Positions 20,006 to 30,217 of a DNA stretch of 64,000 nucleotides are shown piece by piece. The stretch is from assembly GCA_035437825.1 (NCBI GenBank), contig DAOMYX010000008.1:730-64729 (forward strand), written 5' to 3'. Position numbers and translations under genes: made by a program. Numbering within the stretch: the stretch's first letter is position 1; each line of letters starts with the position of its first letter. Origin of the DNA: Alphaproteobacteria bacterium (GTDB lineage Bacteria > Pseudomonadota > Alphaproteobacteria > Micavibrionales > UBA2020). The notes beneath the pieces were generated by a model. The model did not search any database. It worked only from the letters and a program-made list of their open reading frames with translations, and had not been told where the DNA came from.

Positions 20006-21541
20006 TTAGGATTCCTGCTTCTCCAGAAAAGCAGCGGCATCACGCCGCATATCAAGGAGCTGTGCCTGCGGCATTTTTTCTGCCGTGCGATATATCATGG
20101 CAAGCCGTGGGTTGTTTTTTAAAACATCTTTATTCCGCAACAAGAAATCCCAATAAAGATAATTGAACGGGCAGGCATCGGCACCTGTCTTTTTATTGAC
20201 GTTATAATGGCAGCCTTTGCAATAGTCAGACATGCGGTTGATATAGCTGCCGCTGGCGGCGTAGGGCTTGCTGGCCAATAATCCACCGTCAGCGTAGAGC
20301 ACCATACCCGTTACATTTGGCATTTCCACCCATTCATAAGCATCCGCATATACAACCAGATACCACTCATTTACCTCATCCGGATGAATGCCCGCGAGCA
20401 AGGCAAAATTACCCAAAACCATTAAACGTTGGATATGGTGCGCATAGGCATGTTCGCGCGTTTCCTGAATGCATTGTTTCATGCAATTCATGTCCGTTTC
20501 ACCAGACCAGTAAAACCATGGCAGTTTACGCTTGGCTTCGAGCGCGTTTTCTTTGGCGTAAGAAGGCATTTTCAGCCAGTAAATACCACGCACATATTCG
20601 CGCCAGCCGATAATCTGGCGTATAAAGCCTTCGACGGCATTCAAAGGGGCTTTTCCGGCATGATACGCCGCCTCCGCCCGCGCAACCGCCTGCCGCGGGT
20701 CAAGCAGGCCGCAGTTGATATAAAAGCTGATATAAGAATGATACATAAACGGCTGCCCCTGCAGCATCGCATCCTGATAATCCCCAAAATGGCACAGGCG
20801 TTCTTCGATAAAGTGTATCAAGGCCTTTTCTGCATCTTCCGCCGTGACGGCCAGATGGAATGGCTCCAAATCGCCAAAATGCTCGGCAAAGCGATTTGCC
20901 ACAAGCGCCATAACTTCTTTTGTGATTGCATCCGGCATGAAAAACATCGGTTGCGACATGAACATATCGCCTGATGGGGGCTTTCTGTTTTCACTGTCAT
21001 AATTCCACTGCCCGCCTTCCGGCATACCGCCCGGCGTCATGAGGACACGATGTTTTTTTCGCATTTCCCGATAAAAATACTCCATACGCAACTGCTTGCG
21101 GCCGCTTGCCCACTTGGAAAATTCATCGGCAGTCGCATAAAAACGGTCATCATCCAGAATATCAACAGGCACGGAAAAATCTTTTTGCCACACTTGCATG
21201 CTTTGCAAGACACGGTATTCACCGGGCGCCGTGACAGCAATGCGGTCAGGCTTTAGCAATTTTATGGCACGCTGTACTTCGCCGTAAAAAGAGCCCGCAT
21301 TATCGGCATCATCCAGCTTTGTGTAGTGAACCCTGTATCCTTTTGCCGAGAGCTCTTCGGCAAAATGACGCATGGCAGAGAATAGAAACGCTATTTTCTT
21401 TTTATGATGCCGGACATAGGTTGCTTCTTCCCAAACCTCGCACATCCATATCGTGTCTTTTTCGGGATTTATATCCTTGAGACTGGAGATATGATGTGAC
21501 AGTTGGTCGCCCAGCACAATACGCAGCGTACCGCCAGACAT
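20006..21541 (-). CDS. Cryptochrome/photolyase family protein of the FeS-BCP ((6-4) photolyase, PhrB/CryB-like) type
   Basis: 511 aa. The N-terminus (LRIVLGDQLSHHISSL...TIWMCEVWEEATYVRHHKKKIAFLFSAMRHFAEEL) closely parallels Agrobacterium PhrB. The C-terminus has a Cys cluster (DYCKGCHYN...ACPFNYLYW). Confidence 0.88.
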   Translation of the reverse strand: MSGGTLRIVLGDQLSHHISSLKDINPEKDTIWMCEVWEEATYVRHHKKKIAFLFSAMRHFAEELSAKGYRVHYTKLDDADNAGSFYGEVQRAIKLLKPDRIAVTAPGEYRVLQSMQVWQKDFSVPVDILDDDRFYATADEFSKWASGRKQLRMEYFYREMRKKHRVLMTPGGMPEGGQWNYDSENRKPPSGDMFMSQPMFFMPDAITKEVMALVANRFAEHFGDLEPFHLAVTAEDAEKALIHFIEERLCHFGDYQDAMLQGQPFMYHSYISFYINCGLLDPRQAVARAEAAYHAGKAPLNAVEGFIRQIIGWREYVRGIYWLKMPSYAKENALEAKRKLPWFYWSGETDMNCMKQCIQETREHAYAHHIQRLMVLGNFALLAGIHPDEVNEWYLVVYADAYEWVEMPNVTGMVLYADGGLLASKPYAASGSYINRMSDYCKGCHYNVNKKTGADACPFNYLYWDFLLRNKDVLKNNPRLAMIYRTAEKMPQAQLLDMRRDAAAFLEKQES

Positions 21542-21544
21542 GAA

Positions 21545-22303
21545 CTACCCTTTTTGTAAAAAGCGCATACAGCGGAAATACAGCCCATAGGGCAACATCC
21601 GCAAAAACTTCATAAACAGTGTAAAGCGCTTGGGGAAATGAATATCGAATGTATTACCTTTCAGGCCGCTGATAATATATTGCGCAGCTGCAGAAGGCTC
21701 AATCATCGCAGGCATTTCAAAATCATTCTGTGCCGTTAAATCCGTGCGCACAAAGCCGGGGTTAATCACCTGTACCGAAACGCCCGTACCATGCAATTCG
21801 GCACGCAGGCTTTCGGCAAGGTTAATAATCCCCGCCTTTGTCGCGCTATAGGGCTGGCCATTTGGCAAACCGACAAAACCGGCAACACTGCCGCACAGAA
21901 CAATCTTGCCGCGCCGCAGACGGCGAAAATGCGGCACCAAAGCCGCCGCCAGATAAAAACTGCCCGCCAGATTGACCTTGATGATATCGGTCGTTTGCGA
22001 CGTATCCAAACTATCAAAAGACATCGGCTTATAAATGGCGGCAAAGTTTATGACGATATCAGGTAAGGCGCCGGCTGTGGACATACTGTCAACGGCGGCA
22101 TGAACCGCATCAGCATCGGCGATATCAAGCGCCAGAATATCCTGCCCGCCCGTTTCGGCCGCCAATGCCGTCAGGCGGTCTTCACGGCGGGCAGAAAGCA
22201 GCAATCTGGCGCCCTGCTGCGCCAAACCTCGTGCCACAGCTTCGCCGATGCCACTGCTGGCACCGATTATCCAGATTTTTTTTCCTTTAAAGTCTGCTGT
22301 CAT
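21545..22303 (-). CDS. Short-chain dehydrogenase/reductase (SDR)
   Basis: 252 aa with GASSGIGEA (cofactor motif) and YSATKAG (catalytic motif). Confidence 0.88.
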   Translation of the reverse strand: MTADFKGKKIWIIGASSGIGEAVARGLAQQGARLLLSARREDRLTALAAETGGQDILALDIADADAVHAAVDSMSTAGALPDIVINFAAIYKPMSFDSLDTSQTTDIIKVNLAGSFYLAAALVPHFRRLRRGKIVLCGSVAGFVGLPNGQPYSATKAGIINLAESLRAELHGTGVSVQVINPGFVRTDLTAQNDFEMPAMIEPSAAAQYIISGLKGNTFDIHFPKRFTLFMKFLRMLPYGLYFRCMRFLQKG

Positions 22304-22839
22304 TTTTCTTCCGGTTGCTTTTGCATGAAAAGGGTCAGCTCGGCCACGGTAATACCAAATTTTTTCAAATAGGACTTGTTAATCAAAATACCGTCATTCA
22401 TGCGAAACATCCAGTCATCAAACGTGATACGATATGTGCTGTTTCCGACCTTCAGATCCATTTTGTATTTCCAGCGTACCGCATTGCCGCTGACTTGCCC
22501 CTCCGCATTCCCAATAATATCGCCCGCCGCGCCAGTATATCGCCCTTCCGCCGTACGGGTGATTTTCCAGACGCGCTCTTGTTCCTCGCCATCATAGTAA
22601 ACGAATTTTTCTTTCAATTCGCCCTTGTCGCCATCCCATGTCCCGTTCATTTCGACGTCAAAACGCCGGACAACTTTACCTTTACGGTCTTGCACAATGC
22701 CCCACCCTTTGATGGGGCCGTTGAAAAATTCCTCCATCGACATTTCCGGCTTTTCCTGTGCGTATTGCGCAACACCGGCATTACACGCCCCCAATATCAT
22801 AGTGACCCCCATTGCTATAAATGCGATTATTTTTCTCAT
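22300..22839 (-). CDS. DUF3833-type lipocalin-like lipoprotein
   Basis: 179 aa with lipobox ILGAC. Motifs are FFNGPIKGWGIVQDRKGKVVRRF...DDWMFRMNDG...KKFGITV. Confidence 0.7.
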   Translation of the reverse strand: MRKIIAFIAMGVTMILGACNAGVAQYAQEKPEMSMEEFFNGPIKGWGIVQDRKGKVVRRFDVEMNGTWDGDKGELKEKFVYYDGEEQERVWKITRTAEGRYTGAAGDIIGNAEGQVSGNAVRWKYKMDLKVGNSTYRITFDDWMFRMNDGILINKSYLKKFGITVAELTLFMQKQPEEK

Positions 22840-24121
22840 TTTCCATTTTTCCTTTTTGTAACCATTTTGCCCAAGCCCAGAGCATCGCTGCAGAAACCAG
22901 TTTCAAAGCGCACGGAATAAAAGCATAAAGGATTACCAACATACAAAGTGCCGTATCGCTGTTCTCTTCCCCCGCCCGAAAATTTGCCTCATCAAGTAAA
23001 TAGAACGAAATCCCCGCAGCCAAGGCCAAGGCAGCCTTCATAAAAAATGCCAGGATTGAGAACTGCATAGACGTTGTTTCATGTGCGTCACGCGCATCAA
23101 TCAGGTCGGACAAAATGGATGGCGGCAAGATGAGCTCCGCCCCCAACGCCGCACCGGCCAATGCGCAAATAGCCGCATAAAACAAGGTGTCTCCGGCAGA
23201 TAAAAACCCCGCCCAGACAAAGGTCGCAACGGCAAGAATAATCGCAATAACCCAGCTCTGCACCTTGCCGATATGCAGCGACGCCATACGCCATAAAGGA
23301 ATAGCCGCCATAGCCGACAGGAAGTACACGAGCAAAAAGACACCCGTCATATTTTCGGCATCCAAAACATCGCGAATAAAGAAAATAACTAATACAGCGG
23401 GTAAAGCAGAAGCAAAAACACTCACCGCATAGGTCATAAAGAAAAAACGCAATGCGAAGTCTTTCAAGAAAGAGAAATCAATTCTTACTTTTTGTGACTT
23501 AGCTGTAGAAGATGGCAAAACCAGACCAGACCTATGCGTCAGCCAGGGCAGAAAAAAGCAGGCCGCAATCAAAACGCAAATTGCAAAAAAAATAGCATAT
23601 AAAGCAAATGCACTGCGGATAGCAAAAAAGTTCATCAAGACAAAGGGCATAACCGTTGCCAATAAAATGCCTGCCACACCAAAACCTTCACGCCACGCCG
23701 CAATATCTGTTTTGGCATGTGTATCGCGCGCCAGTAAACTGCCAATCGCATTCAGATTGATGCTAATGACGCTGAATGCCGTGGCGGATAGAACCATGCC
23801 AAACGCAAAGGAATAAAGCGCAAAGGATTTTGCCGGCATATAAAGCAAAAGCATACCGGCAGCAAAGGCGACAAAGGCGAATATGAACAAACCAGAACGA
23901 TACCGTGAAAAACGGTCGGACACATAGCCTATCAGCGGGTCCTGAACAGCATCAAAAGCGCGTACGGCCAATAGCACCGCCCCCAGAATGCCGAGCGGCA
24001 CGCCCATTTCCGTTGCATAAAAATCAGGGGCGATGACATATAAAGGCAACGCAGCAAATGCCAGAACAAAGGCAGGCATGCTGTAAGAAAAATATGTCGT
24101 CTTCTTAAGTTTGGGCATCAA
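22781..24121 (-). CDS. MFS/GPH-family transporter
   Basis: 446 aa with ~12 TM helices and the GPH-like motif DPLIGYVSDRFSRYRSG. Confidence 0.8.
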   Translation of the reverse strand: MMPKLKKTTYFSYSMPAFVLAFAALPLYVIAPDFYATEMGVPLGILGAVLLAVRAFDAVQDPLIGYVSDRFSRYRSGLFIFAFVAFAAGMLLLYMPAKSFALYSFAFGMVLSATAFSVISINLNAIGSLLARDTHAKTDIAAWREGFGVAGILLATVMPFVLMNFFAIRSAFALYAIFFAICVLIAACFFLPWLTHRSGLVLPSSTAKSQKVRIDFSFLKDFALRFFFMTYAVSVFASALPAVLVIFFIRDVLDAENMTGVFLLVYFLSAMAAIPLWRMASLHIGKVQSWVIAIILAVATFVWAGFLSAGDTLFYAAICALAGAALGAELILPPSILSDLIDARDAHETTSMQFSILAFFMKAALALAAGISFYLLDEANFRAGEENSDTALCMLVILYAFIPCALKLVSAAMLWAWAKWLQKGKMENEKNNRIYSNGGHYDIGGV

Positions 24122-24657
24122 CGCCCACCCATTAATTGTTGGCGCAGGCGTGGATTCCGTGTTTTATCGCCCAGCCAGATATTGAAAAAATATCGTGTAA
24201 ACTCCGAGTCGGTAATTCTGCCGATTTCCTTGCCGTTCTTAAAAAAGACCGTGTAGCCCGCTTTGTTGGACATGCCTGCCAGCGTTATGCCCGTATCCAC
24301 ATCCGGAATAATCCGTTTTAACTGCCGGTGCCATGTGGCTATTTTTATCTCGTCGTTCAATCCCTGACTGCGAATTTCTTCTGCAGTTGCGTCTGCAATC
24401 TGCCTGCCGCTAATATGGCGCAGATATGTCAGCTCCAGCATAAACGGACTATCAAAAACATCCCCCCTATGCGCCGCCGCCCATAGCCTGGCGTCATAAA
24501 GGCTCCACACCATGACGCTCAATCGTCCTTCCCCCCGCAGTTTGGCGTCAGGAATCGCTTGACGCACATAGTCGGGCGGCTTTACTGCCGCCTTCGCAAT
24601 ATACGGGAAAGGCAGCATCAGACAGGCAATCGCTGTTAGAACAACAATGTTAACCAT
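24118..24657 (-). CDS. Chalcone-isomerase-like family protein (secreted)
   Basis: 179 aa with a signal peptide. Motifs are GEGRLSVMVWSLYDARLW...LELTYLRHISG. Confidence 0.65.
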   Translation of the reverse strand: MVNIVVLTAIACLMLPFPYIAKAAVKPPDYVRQAIPDAKLRGEGRLSVMVWSLYDARLWAAAHRGDVFDSPFMLELTYLRHISGRQIADATAEEIRSQGLNDEIKIATWHRQLKRIIPDVDTGITLAGMSNKAGYTVFFKNGKEIGRITDSEFTRYFFNIWLGDKTRNPRLRQQLMGGR

Positions 24658-25810
24658 GTTGCAGCTCCACCTGCATCACATCGGTACGCCCGGTTTTAAA
24701 TGCAGCAATACATGCGGCCAAGTAGAAGCGCCACATGCGAATAAATCCGTCATCATAACCCAGCGCGCGCACATCCGCAGACTTGTTGTCAAAGTTCTCC
24801 AGCCAAATTTCCAAGGTGCGCGCATAATCTTGACCAAAATCATGTTGATCGATTACGCGCAGACCGCAGCTTTCGGCCGAAGCACGAAATAGCGACGGGC
24901 TCGGCAATAGTCCACCTGGGAAAATATAACTGCGGATAAAATCACCACTTTGGCGGTATTTATCAAACCGGCTATCCGCAATCGTGATTGTCTGTATAAC
25001 CGCCCTCCCGTTGTCCTGCAGAAGGCCTTTAATTTTTGAGAAATAGGTCGCCCAGTACTCCATGCCCACGGCTTCAAACATTTCAATCGAGACGATGGAA
25101 TCATACTTTCCAGATTGGTGGCGGTAATCCTCCAGTACAATACTCGCCTTATCTCCAAGCTTTTGCTGTGCAAAGGACTGTTGTTTTTGAGACAGCGTAA
25201 TACCTTTCAAAGCGTAATCGTGACGCTGCAGCGCACGCTCTGCGAAACCGCCCCATCCGCAACCTACTTCCAAAATCGAACCAGAGCGCATGTTCAATCG
25301 GTCAATAATACGGTCATATTTATTCATTTGCGCATTGTGCAGAGTTTCACCGGCATCGCGGTACAGCGCCGATGAATAGGTCATGCTAGGGTCCAGCCAT
25401 AAGGCATAAAATTCATTACCCAAATCATAATGGGCACTGATATTACGACGACTGCCGCGCAAAGTATTCAACCGAAGTAACTGCAGAAAGCGGTTTAAAA
25501 ACTGCATGCCGCCATTGCCAAAAATGTACTTTTCGATAACCTCGTCATTTTCCATGGCACAGGTTAGAAGGTTTGGCAAACTAGCCGTTTCCCACAGTCC
25601 CGCTTTATAGTCCTCGGCAAAACCAATATCGCCATGCGTGGCCAGATTGGCCACTACCTTCCAGTCATGCAAACTGAGAGAGCTGACCGTACCCGGGTTT
25701 TTCCCCTCAAAAACACGTTTCTTTCCGTCAGGAAGAACAAGCTCAAAGCGACCATATTCCAGCTTGTCCAACTTTTTTAGAAATTGGTCGGTGACACGTT
25801 GCGTGAACAT
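24650..25810 (-). CDS. Cyclopropane-fatty-acyl-phospholipid synthase family SAM-dependent methyltransferase
   Basis: 386 aa with ISAHYDLGNEFYALWLDPSMTYSSALY and the SAM motif ILEVGCGWGGFA. Confidence 0.9.
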   Translation of the reverse strand: MFTQRVTDQFLKKLDKLEYGRFELVLPDGKKRVFEGKNPGTVSSLSLHDWKVVANLATHGDIGFAEDYKAGLWETASLPNLLTCAMENDEVIEKYIFGNGGMQFLNRFLQLLRLNTLRGSRRNISAHYDLGNEFYALWLDPSMTYSSALYRDAGETLHNAQMNKYDRIIDRLNMRSGSILEVGCGWGGFAERALQRHDYALKGITLSQKQQSFAQQKLGDKASIVLEDYRHQSGKYDSIVSIEMFEAVGMEYWATYFSKIKGLLQDNGRAVIQTITIADSRFDKYRQSGDFIRSYIFPGGLLPSPSLFRASAESCGLRVIDQHDFGQDYARTLEIWLENFDNKSADVRALGYDDGFIRMWRFYLAACIAAFKTGRTDVMQVELQHG

Positions 25811-25880
25811 AACATCCTCATAAAAATGTACATCTATAAGAATTTACCAACCCGAAAATAACGCTGCACTTACTCGCAGA

Positions 25881-26675
25881 TTAATTTTTGGTAAGGTTAT
25901 CCGTCGAGGATAGTTTTTCTTTTTTTTGCAGAGGCTTGGGTATGTATTTTATTTTCTTGGCGACGAGTTTTATTGCCTGCCAATGAATCAGAAATATGGC
26001 ACGCAACGTCACCAACGGATACCCCCAAAAAGCCTTGCGCAAGCTTTGCCGCGTGAGCGGTATGCGCCGCCCAGTCAGAGCCGTCAGAAGTTGCTTGCTG
26101 CCAGCACTATCGTAATAATCTATCCAAATACCTGTTTTATCCGGCTGCAGGTCAAAGCGAAATTTGTAGCTGCCTTCGCGCTGTAAGAACGGAGATACAT
26201 GGAACATCTTTTGCGCGGAAAGCCACGCATCGCCTTTAATGGCACTACCGTCTGCATGTGCGCATAGGTAGCTGTGGGTTTCGCCAAATGTATTATTGAC
26301 CTCACAAATAACAGCACGCAAAGCACCATCCGCATCATGAAAAAACCAGAAACTGACCGGATTAAAGACATACCCCAGAATTCGCGGCATCGCCATCAGG
26401 CTTATATCCACATGCGGTATATCCAGACCGCTTGATTGAAGAACACTCCGAGCCCACGCCCCCAAATCCGTATCTTTGCTACGTTCCGCATGATCCTTGG
26501 CGTGAAACCCGACAACGGCGGGGCGGTTAACACCTAAACGCCAGCCATCTGCGTATTGAGCCAGATTTTGCAGCGGCATACACAGATAATAAATACCGTA
26601 TGTAAACGCATTGGTCTTTGGGAACAAGCGTTTGTGCATGACTTTTCCAACGAATATTTCAGGCTTTACTGCCAT
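25881..26675 (-). CDS. DUF1365 family protein
   Basis: 264 aa with GKVMHKRLFPKTNAFTYGIYYLCMPL and later NPVSFWFF motifs typical of DUF1365. Confidence 0.8.
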   Translation of the reverse strand: MAVKPEIFVGKVMHKRLFPKTNAFTYGIYYLCMPLQNLAQYADGWRLGVNRPAVVGFHAKDHAERSKDTDLGAWARSVLQSSGLDIPHVDISLMAMPRILGYVFNPVSFWFFHDADGALRAVICEVNNTFGETHSYLCAHADGSAIKGDAWLSAQKMFHVSPFLQREGSYKFRFDLQPDKTGIWIDYYDSAGSKQLLTALTGRRIPLTRQSLRKAFWGYPLVTLRAIFLIHWQAIKLVAKKIKYIPKPLQKKEKLSSTDNLTKN

Positions 26676-27916
26676 GGCACCGTCGCGCCCAAAGATTGCG
26701 CGACATTCACCGCGCTCAGCAAACCATCTTCATGAAATCCGTATCTTTGCCATGCCCCACAATAGGAGATACCTGCCACACCCTGAATTTCTGGCAGCCT
26801 TTTCTGCGCAGAAATTGCCGCCCGTGTAAATACAGGGTGCGAAAAAACATGCGCGTTATGGGTTTTATCAACAGCGGGCTGTTTACCTGGATTGAGCGTG
26901 ATAAAGATTTGTTTTTGCGTATCCAATGGCTGCAGATTGTTCATCCAGTAGCTTAACGAAACACTTTCTGAATCGTCCGACAGTGTCTCGGACAAATAAA
27001 CCCAGCTCGCCCACGCGCCGCGCGCGCGCGGCATAAAACTGTCATCCTCGTGCAAAACAACGGTATTCGGCTGATAGGTGAAAGCGGATAATATTTCCGC
27101 TTCAGCGGACGTCGGGTTTTTGAGCATCTTTAGTGTCTGGTCGGCATGGCTGGCAAAAATGACGTGGTCGAAAATATTTTCTTGTCCCTGCGCGTCCTGT
27201 ACAGAGATTTTGCCGTCCTCAAGGCGGCTAACAGATACAGCAGCACATGATGTTTTTATTTTATTTTCAAATGATGCTGTTAATTTTTCAATATATTGAC
27301 GGCTGCCGCCCGCAACCGTGTACCATTGCGGATGGTCATTTACCGTCAGAAGGCCGTGATTTTTAAAAAAACGCAAAAATGTTTCCGCTGGAAAGCTGAG
27401 AATTGTATTCACAGAGCAGCTCCATATCGCCGCCCCCATTGCTTGCAGGTAATAACGCTTGAACCATGACCCTACGCGCAGTTGATCCAGATATTTTCCA
27501 AGCGAAATTTCGCGCGCATTCTCGTCATACCTTGCAGCATGTCTATTGAAACGGACAATATCTGCAATCATGCGCCAGAATGCAGGGCGCACCCAATTGC
27601 GCTTTTGCGCAAACATTCCTTTGCTGCCGTATTCGAGCATACCGCCCGCGATGCTGGCGCCAAAAGACATATCACTTTTGCTAATATTGACTCCCAAATG
27701 CTCGAACAGCCCCGTCAAATGCGGATAATTTCTTTTATTAAATACGATAAAGCCTGTATCGACAGGCACTTTCTTGTCACCTACTACCAAATCGACCGTA
27801 CGGCTGTGTCCGCCGATACGCGGCTCTTTTTCGTAAACCGCAATGTCATGATACGGATTCAAAAGATAGGCCGCACCAAGCCCAGAAATACCAGTGCCGA
27901 TAATTGCGATACGCAT
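26666..27916 (-). CDS. FAD-dependent oxidoreductase (amine-oxidase/desaturase-like)
   Basis: 416 aa with the dinucleotide-binding N-terminus MRIAIIGTGISGLGAAYLL...YEKEPRIGGH. Confidence 0.85.
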   Translation of the reverse strand: MRIAIIGTGISGLGAAYLLNPYHDIAVYEKEPRIGGHSRTVDLVVGDKKVPVDTGFIVFNKRNYPHLTGLFEHLGVNISKSDMSFGASIAGGMLEYGSKGMFAQKRNWVRPAFWRMIADIVRFNRHAARYDENAREISLGKYLDQLRVGSWFKRYYLQAMGAAIWSCSVNTILSFPAETFLRFFKNHGLLTVNDHPQWYTVAGGSRQYIEKLTASFENKIKTSCAAVSVSRLEDGKISVQDAQGQENIFDHVIFASHADQTLKMLKNPTSAEAEILSAFTYQPNTVVLHEDDSFMPRARGAWASWVYLSETLSDDSESVSLSYWMNNLQPLDTQKQIFITLNPGKQPAVDKTHNAHVFSHPVFTRAAISAQKRLPEIQGVAGISYCGAWQRYGFHEDGLLSAVNVAQSLGATVPWQ

Positions 27917-28017
27917 TTATTGTGACCCAAGAGTGTAAATCATCCCAATGTATATACTTACATACGCGACATTACCCTACCCTGTCCCCAACATTACAAA
28001 ATGTTAATTTTTGCGCA

Positions 28018-29382
28018 TCAGAACGTAATCTGAAAAGACAATCCAGGCGTATTATCCAGCAAGTCTATCCGGGCTTTGTGCAAATCGGCGACAGCCAAGA
28101 CAAGCGATAGCCCAAGACCGCTGCCCGATGTATGGCGGCTTGCCTCGGCGCGGTAAAAACGATCGAATACCTTTTCTTTATCAGCTTTCGAAATGCCTAT
28201 CCCCCGGTCTGAAAACGTTACAATCCGAACATTATCTTTTTGTGACAGGGTTATATCGATTTGCCCCGAGGCTGGGCTGTACTTGATAGCATTGTCGATG
28301 ACATTCGCAAATGCCTGAAACAAAAGGTCACGATCCGCATACAGGGTAACCGGCATGAAATCGCAAAGGATATTAATGCCCTTCTCTTCTGCCAGCGGTT
28401 CATAGAGTTCAACCACATCATGCAGAAGCTTTTGCAGATGTACGTCTTGAAAATTATGCGTTTGTTTTCCAGCCTCGATGCGGGCGATACGCAAGAGCGC
28501 ATTGAAAGTAGCAAGCAAATGATCGGCCTCAGCCAAGAGACGGTCGCAACGCTCGCTCGCCTCTGGACTCATCGCGATAACTTCACTTTTGCGCAAAGCT
28601 TCAAGATGATTGCGCAAACGCGTTAACGGCGTGCGCAGGTCATGCGCAATATTGTCGGATACCTTTTGGACCCCTTCGACCAAATCCTCAATCCTGGATA
28701 GCAGAGCGTTGAGCACCATGGACATGGTGCTTAGGTCATCCCAATGAGAGTCAATCTCTATACGTTGCGACAAGTTACCCGTGTCCATGATATTCTTGGC
28801 GGTACGGGCGATACGAGCCGTGCGGCTGACAACAAAGGTACTAATCATAAAACTGGTCAATATCACAACGACCATCAAAAGAATGCCCAGCAAGCTCAAA
28901 CGCTGCATGAACCTGTAGTTTTCCATCATGTCGGTGATATCTACCGCGACAAACAAACGACGGCCATCATCATAAGTATGGATTTTCGCAGCATAGTCTG
29001 CGTTGCGCGCAGCATCTTTGAAAAGAACAGTCCCCTCTGTCAAAGGGGCGGCTTCGTCTGGTAATCGCCGTAAATTCCCGCCTAATACAGTGCCTGCGCC
29101 GTCCAACAGCACGACCAGCTTAACCCCCGTGCCGGCGCCGGATAAAATCTCTTTATCTCCTGAAGCGCCATCCTTGAACAGCGGCACAAGATTTTCCAAC
29201 GAGGCATCAATCAATTTTTCTGTGCCATAGACTAAGTGGCCACGCGAAAAGTAATGAGTGAAATACCCAAGCGCCGACATACCGATACTTAACAATACGG
29301 TAAAAAATACAGCCATTTTGAAGCTGGAACTGTGGTAGTAGCCGCCCAGGCGGCTATGCTTCGATGATATAGCCTGCGCCAC
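28018..29382 (-). CDS. Two-component sensor histidine kinase (two TM helices, periplasmic loop, HAMP, HisKA, HATPase)
   Basis: 454 aa with H-box SDNIAHDLRTPLT, N-box NVIDNAIKYS and G-box GSGLGLS. The start is uncertain, because the track start overlaps the regulator gene by 29 nt. Confidence 0.88.
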   Translation of the reverse strand: MAQAISSKHSRLGGYYHSSSFKMAVFFTVLLSIGMSALGYFTHYFSRGHLVYGTEKLIDASLENLVPLFKDGASGDKEILSGAGTGVKLVVLLDGAGTVLGGNLRRLPDEAAPLTEGTVLFKDAARNADYAAKIHTYDDGRRLFVAVDITDMMENYRFMQRLSLLGILLMVVVILTSFMISTFVVSRTARIARTAKNIMDTGNLSQRIEIDSHWDDLSTMSMVLNALLSRIEDLVEGVQKVSDNIAHDLRTPLTRLRNHLEALRKSEVIAMSPEASERCDRLLAEADHLLATFNALLRIARIEAGKQTHNFQDVHLQKLLHDVVELYEPLAEEKGINILCDFMPVTLYADRDLLFQAFANVIDNAIKYSPASGQIDITLSQKDNVRIVTFSDRGIGISKADKEKVFDRFYRAEASRHTSGSGLGLSLVLAVADLHKARIDLLDNTPGLSFQITF

Positions 29383-30028
29383 GGATTGTCCTGATAAGTG
29401 GTTGTTCGGCGTTTTTGTTTATTTTACTGCGCAATCTGCTGATATGCACATCAATCACGTTGGTTTGCGGGTCAAAGTGATAATCCCATACATTTTCGAG
29501 CAGCATGGTGCGCGTGACAACTTGTCCCTTGTGGCGCAGCAGGTATTCCAGCAGCCTGAATTCCCGCGATTGCAGGTCAATATTTATGCCGCCACGCGTC
29601 ACCCGCCGCGCCAGAAGGTCGACTTCCAAATCGGCGGCATGCAAAACGGTTTCTTTTTGTTCGATATCGACAGCGCGCCGTTGCAAAGCCTCTACACGGG
29701 CAAGCAGTTCGGAAAAAGCAAAAGGCTTGACAAGATAGTCATCCCCCCCCGCGCGCAAACCCTTGACGCGGTCGTCAACCTCTCCCAGTGCGCTCAAGAT
29801 AAGGACGGGCGTTTTTTTACCCGCCCCCCTCAGCGTTCTGATGATAGTCAAACCATCCACGTTCGGTAACATGCGGTCCATAATAATAACGTCATAGCTT
29901 TCTGTCGCACCAAGAAACAGGCCGTCCTTGCCGTCCTGCGCCTTGTCCATCGTATGGCCATACTCCGTCAACCCGTTGACGATGTAGTCGAGAACTTCTT
30001 TATCATCTTCGACCACCAATATTTTCAT
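29354..30028 (-). CDS. OmpR/PhoB-family response regulator (CusR/CzcR-like)
   Basis: 224 aa with a receiver domain (MKILVVEDD...IIMDRMLPNVDG...DDYLVKPF) and a winged-helix domain (LLENVWDYHFDPQTNVIDVHISRLRSKI). Confidence 0.92.
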   Translation of the reverse strand: MKILVVEDDKEVLDYIVNGLTEYGHTMDKAQDGKDGLFLGATESYDVIIMDRMLPNVDGLTIIRTLRGAGKKTPVLILSALGEVDDRVKGLRAGGDDYLVKPFAFSELLARVEALQRRAVDIEQKETVLHAADLEVDLLARRVTRGGINIDLQSREFRLLEYLLRHKGQVVTRTMLLENVWDYHFDPQTNVIDVHISRLRSKINKNAEQPLIRTIRGAGYIIEA

Positions 30029-30175
30029 TTATTCCCCGAACATTAACGACAAAATGCTGTAGCGTGCCCTTGCAAGGCCAGAACAGCTTACTCCTGTTTC
30101 ACGTTTTTTTACCGCGCATTCTTTAGCTCCCCATCCTAGCTGAAGGGTCAGTCATATATTTCATATATAAATCAA

Positions 30176-30217
30176 TATATTACCACATATTGACATAGTA
30201 CATTTGCTATATTACCA
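30176..30217. repeat. Perfect 10-bp direct repeat TATATTACCA x2, spaced 32 bp, in an AT-rich divergent intergenic region
   Basis: The copies are at 30176-30185 and 30208-30217. They lie between the start of the regulator operon (30028) and the gene starting at 30257. Confidence 0.5.

Noticed and set aside
19000-30150. Calling 19-30 kb a second clearly foreign genomic island
   Set aside because: My hand counts on three 130-nt samples gave about 50-55 % G+C, only modestly below the housekeeping region. I found no second att repeat, integrase or mobility gene. The composition is noted but no island is called.
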